64,000 nucleotides of DNA from an uncultured cyanobacterium (GTDB taxonomy: Bacteria > Cyanobacteriota > Cyanobacteriia > Cyanobacteriales > Nostocaceae): assembly GCA_963706595.1 (NCBI GenBank), contig OY970166.1, positions 1,536,001 through 1,600,000 on the forward strand. The letters are read 5' to 3'. Below the pieces are notes generated by a model, which saw only the letters and a program-made list of their open reading frames with translations, searched no databases and had not been told where the DNA came from. Every line of letters begins with the position of its first letter. The first letter of the stretch is position 1. This document shows, in pieces, positions 61,213 through 64,000 of this stretch. A program made the translations under genes and the position numbers.

Positions 61213-61557
61213 ATGAGCCGACTGTTAATCAAAATTATAGGTTTAAGTCTACTTCTTGTAGGCATCTACTTTTTTGCTCAAAACATCATATTTGTCAGTA
61301 GTTACTATTCAATTTTTTACCGCCGAGTACCTGCAACAATCTCAGTTTTAGCCATCATGTCAGGAGTCTTTTCACTCTTGTTTTTCCGGCGGGAAACTGG
61401 AAACCTGGGATGGTTTTTTCTAGCTATTGGCTTAGTGCTAGTTTTCTTAAGCGGTGGCGTAATTTTTCGCTCAACCAGCTTGTGGAATTTATTAGTGGCT
61501 TTAGGCGCATTAGTATCTGGATATCAACTACTAAACACTGGTAAAGTCCGCTTTTGA
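61213..61557 (+). CDS. Hypothetical membrane protein (4 TM)
   Basis: Hydrophobic 114-aa ORF. Confidence 0.75.
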   Translation: MSRLLIKIIGLSLLLVGIYFFAQNIIFVSSYYSIFYRRVPATISVLAIMSGVFSLLFFRRETGNLGWFFLAIGLVLVFLSGGVIFRSTSLWNLLVALGALVSGYQLLNTGKVRF

Positions 61558-61710
61558 ACCATTGTTGCCGTTTTTGTCAAGTCCTTTGGGCATAACTGTC
61601 CTTAGTTTGTAATTTTGTGTCCAGGAGAGGACTGAAGTCCTGACTACGAACCTCTAAATTTGAGGCTAATATATAAAATGAAAAATATTGATTATGAGGA
61701 TACAGCAAGA

Positions 61711-61887
61711 ATGACCCAAGTCGTTCTAGGAGAAAACGAAAATATAGATTCAGCTTTGCGTCGGTTTAAACGCCAAGTCTCTAAAGCTGGTATATTAGCT
61801 GATGTCAAATTTCATCGGCACTTTGAAACACCTTTAGAAAAGCGCAAGCGTAAGCTAGTATTAGCTAGACGCAATCGACGTTTTTAA
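61711..61887 (+). CDS. rpsU: 30S ribosomal protein S21
   Basis: [28 protein letters not shown]...HFETP. Confidence 0.95.
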   Translation: MTQVVLGENENIDSALRRFKRQVSKAGILADVKFHRHFETPLEKRKRKLVLARRNRRF

Positions 61888-61918
61888 TCAACCTATATTC
61901 TTATACAAAATGGTTTAA

Positions 61919-61965
61919 CAAAAACCGCGAAATTCCCCATCCGTCTACAGGGTGGGGTACTTCAT
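61919..61965 (+). mobile_element. Possible collapsed IS200/IS605 scar (single hairpin)
   Basis: TTAA|CAAAAACCGCGAAATT-CCCCATCC..GGGTGGGG-TACTTCA. Confidence 0.45.
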
Positions 61966-62591
61966 CAAGGAAGCTCAATAGTGCGGCTATTACAACGATT
62001 CATCGCCTTTTCTACTCCCTGTTTGAAGCTTAATTCTACACACTCAACCACAAACTGAAGTAAGAGAGATATCAGTTGAGTTTCAGCCGCAGAAAATTTA
62101 CCTAAAACATGAGAAATAGATTCAGAATTATCGCTATCATTTGGTTTCCCAATGCCGATGCGTAAACGTGGGAAGTTTTGGGTGTTAAGATGTGAAATTG
62201 CACTCTTCATGCCATTGTGTCCCCCAGCCGAACCAGACAAGCGTAAACGAGTTTTACCCAAAGGTAAATCCATATCGTCATAAATCACCAGCACAGACTC
62301 TGGCGGCAATTTATACCAACTTGTCACCGCTTGCATTGACTGTCCAGAACGGTTCATATAAGTCAACGGCTTGAGTAAGCGGATTTTACCATTACCCGGC
62401 GCTATTCCCTCACCATACTCACCCTGAAACTTGCGATTTTCCCCCAAAGGAATACGCCAAGCACGAGAAAGTGCATCTATAGCAGCAAAGCCAATATTAT
62501 GGCGTGTTTGGTCATACTTAGGCTCTGGATTTCCCAACCCGACAATTAATTGCGGAATTACCAAAGATGGTTTCGTAACAGCTTCTGTCAT
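61965..62591 (-). CDS. pth: Peptidyl-tRNA hydrolase
   Basis: VGLGNP..TRHNIGF, KPLTYMNRSG, GGHNG and RLRIGIG motifs. Confidence 0.97.
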   Translation of the reverse strand: MTEAVTKPSLVIPQLIVGLGNPEPKYDQTRHNIGFAAIDALSRAWRIPLGENRKFQGEYGEGIAPGNGKIRLLKPLTYMNRSGQSMQAVTSWYKLPPESVLVIYDDMDLPLGKTRLRLSGSAGGHNGMKSAISHLNTQNFPRLRIGIGKPNDSDNSESISHVLGKFSAAETQLISLLLQFVVECVELSFKQGVEKAMNRCNSRTIELP

Positions 62592-62655
62592 TTTACCTAA
62601 AATCAATTTCTTCGCAGCACCTCCCCCAACTCACAGGAGAAGAACCAGCACCTTT

Positions 62656-62735
62656 GTAGGGTGTGTTGTCGCGTAGCGCAACGCACCATTCCAGATTATA
62701 GATGCGTTAGGACTAAAGCCCATAACGCACCCTAC
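62656..62735. repeat. GTAG...CTAC REP doublet (REPIN-like)
   Basis: gtagggtgtgttg ... taacgcaccctac inverted ends. Confidence 0.65.
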
Positions 62736-62772
62736 CCAAATAAAAGGTTTGTGGACTTGTGTACACCGTAGC

Positions 62773-63045
62773 CTAAGTCATAGGGGAAGAACCAGCAGCT
62801 TCTTTTTCAGATTTAGCCGCTTCCAGATGCTTGGTTTCCAGTTCAGCAGAACTTTTCACAGCTTCTTCGATTTGTTCAGCTTCCCGTTTAAACTCGCTTT
62901 GAAATTCATTAGAAGCTTCTTGAAAACCGCGCACTGCTTTCCCGAAACTCCGACCAATTTCTGGTAGCTTCTTCGGACCGAAGATTAACAAAGCCACCAC
63001 CATAATTAGACCCATTTCCGGCAGACCGATACCAAATACATTCAT
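62773..63045 (-). CDS. tatA: Twin-arginine translocase TatA/E
   Basis: MNVFGIGLPE...FGPKKLPEIG. Confidence 0.93.
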   Translation of the reverse strand: MNVFGIGLPEMGLIMVVALLIFGPKKLPEIGRSFGKAVRGFQEASNEFQSEFKREAEQIEEAVKSSAELETKHLEAAKSEKEAAGSSPMT

Positions 63046-63079
63046 CCGGTTTTTCCTATAAATATACAATGCAATCAAG

Positions 63080-63187
63080 CTAGTACAGCACGGCATAAAT
63101 AAAGAAACCATTTAAAATCCCTCAAAAGCCTGTTTCATGAGTTTTTTGACTTTTGACTTTTGACTTTTGACTTCACGGCGGCACTAG
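63080..63187. repeat. CTAG-bounded MITE-like repeat containing (TTTTGAC)n
   Basis: ctagtacagcacgg...cggcggcactag imperfect inverted ends. Confidence 0.55.
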
Positions 63188-63248
63188 GCTTTTCCCATCT
63201 ATACCATGCTGACTTATTTAAGGCTAACGTTTTTGGTATCAAACCCAT

Positions 63249-63271
63249 AAAAAAACCCGGACAAGCCGGGT
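63249..63271 (-). terminator. psbH intrinsic terminator
   Basis: ACCCGG-CTTGT-CCGGGT followed by a U-tract. Confidence 0.8.
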
Positions 63272-63290
63272 ACAGGTTCGCTGTCTTTAA

Positions 63291-63494
63291 TTAGCCGCCT
63301 AAACTGCGCCAATCAACCATTACGTCCTGAATTAACAGAGACTTGTTGTAAACTTGCAGAATAATCAGCAAAAATACGAAAAATAGGAGCATAAAAACAC
63401 CCATTACAGGTGTAGTACCCCAACCCGGAGATACCTTACCGTACTCAGAGTTTAAAGGTTTCAGGATATCTCCTAACCTAGTTCGTTGTGCCAT
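63291..63494 (-). CDS. psbH: Photosystem II protein H
   Basis: [21 protein letters not shown]. Confidence 0.98.
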   Translation of the reverse strand: MAQRTRLGDILKPLNSEYGKVSPGWGTTPVMGVFMLLFFVFLLIILQVYNKSLLIQDVMVDWRSLGG

Positions 63495-63721
63495 AGTTCC
63501 CCTAAGATTCAGTTACCAAAGCTTTTTTTCATCTTCTGGTAATATTCTACTATCATGGAGCGCCTGCCTGATAAATTGCGTCAAGCAAAATAAATTGAGT
63601 CAGTGCCAGCGAAACAAATGTTATAATAATCAAGCCAAAGCACGTAATTGTGCTAATAGGCGCAAAACCTCAAATAATAACACTCATAATTAATCGCAAA
63701 TTTATGGAACAACTTATGGCG

Positions 63722-63853
63722 ATGGAACCCGCAACCATGATTAGTATTTCCGTTGGCATTGCCTTAGTTGCTGTCACTGGTTTTGCCATCTATATGTCCT
63801 TCGGTCCTCCTAGCAAGCAATTGGCAGACCCTTTTGAAGACCACGAAGACTAG
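63722..63853 (+). CDS. psbN: PsbN
   Basis: FGPPSKQLADPFEDHED; divergent from psbH. Confidence 0.97.
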   Translation: MEPATMISISVGIALVAVTGFAIYMSFGPPSKQLADPFEDHED

Positions 63854-63886
63854 CTCTCTATTCTAACTCTGATGAAAGAAAGAACA

Positions 63887-63990
63887 GTAGGTTGGGTAGA
63901 GGCTTTGCGTAGGCGTAGCCTTCTCGTAGAGTAACCCAACTAAACCAGGGATTCTTGGTGTTGGGTTTCACTTTGTTCAACCCAACCTAC
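63887..63990. repeat. GTAG...CTAC REP doublet with an inserted short repeat
   Basis: gtaggttggg ... cccaacctac inverted ends. Confidence 0.7.
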
Positions 63991-64000
63991 GTCTAGTTTC

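Overview
This is a 64-kb chromosomal segment from a filamentous, heterocyst-forming cyanobacterium (Nostocales). Evidence: abundant HIP1 GCGATCGC, heptamer STRRs, the fraCDE/fraF septal locus and xisH/xisI. The backbone is housekeeping and signalling genes: metK, pcrA, ddl, acnB, purN, cobO, cysQ, rsmI, rpsU, pth, tatA, psbH, psbN and three histidine kinases. Main observations: (1) A 394-bp protein-free IS200/IS605-type element (44423-44816). Both ends fit the TnpA guide/cleavage-site rule, and it carries its own extended -10 promoter and a predicted ~300-nt structured RNA ending at the right end, so it is a candidate stand-alone omega-RNA. (2) An orphan heme-oxygenase-like diiron enzyme that matches my recollection of the aetokthonotoxin nitrile synthase AetD, convergent with a giant Ser/Thr kinase-AAA-GAF-histidine kinase. 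(3) An integrase-free toxin-antitoxin/defence cassette stack behind acnB, and an AraC-MATE insert in a DUF3326 gene. Both are bounded by diverged duplicates of neighbouring gene ends and by HIP1 junctions. (4) An uncharacterised nuclease-like plus partner gene pair and a retron-less PtuAB/Septu-like pair. (5) A tnpB-only IS element 19 bp upstream of pcrA. (6) An unannotated ~165-nt structured RNA at 15323-15489. (7) Short mobile repeats inserted into HIP1 sites, one in frame next to a kinase catalytic loop. All family assignments come from motif recognition and memory; no database searches or folding programs were run.
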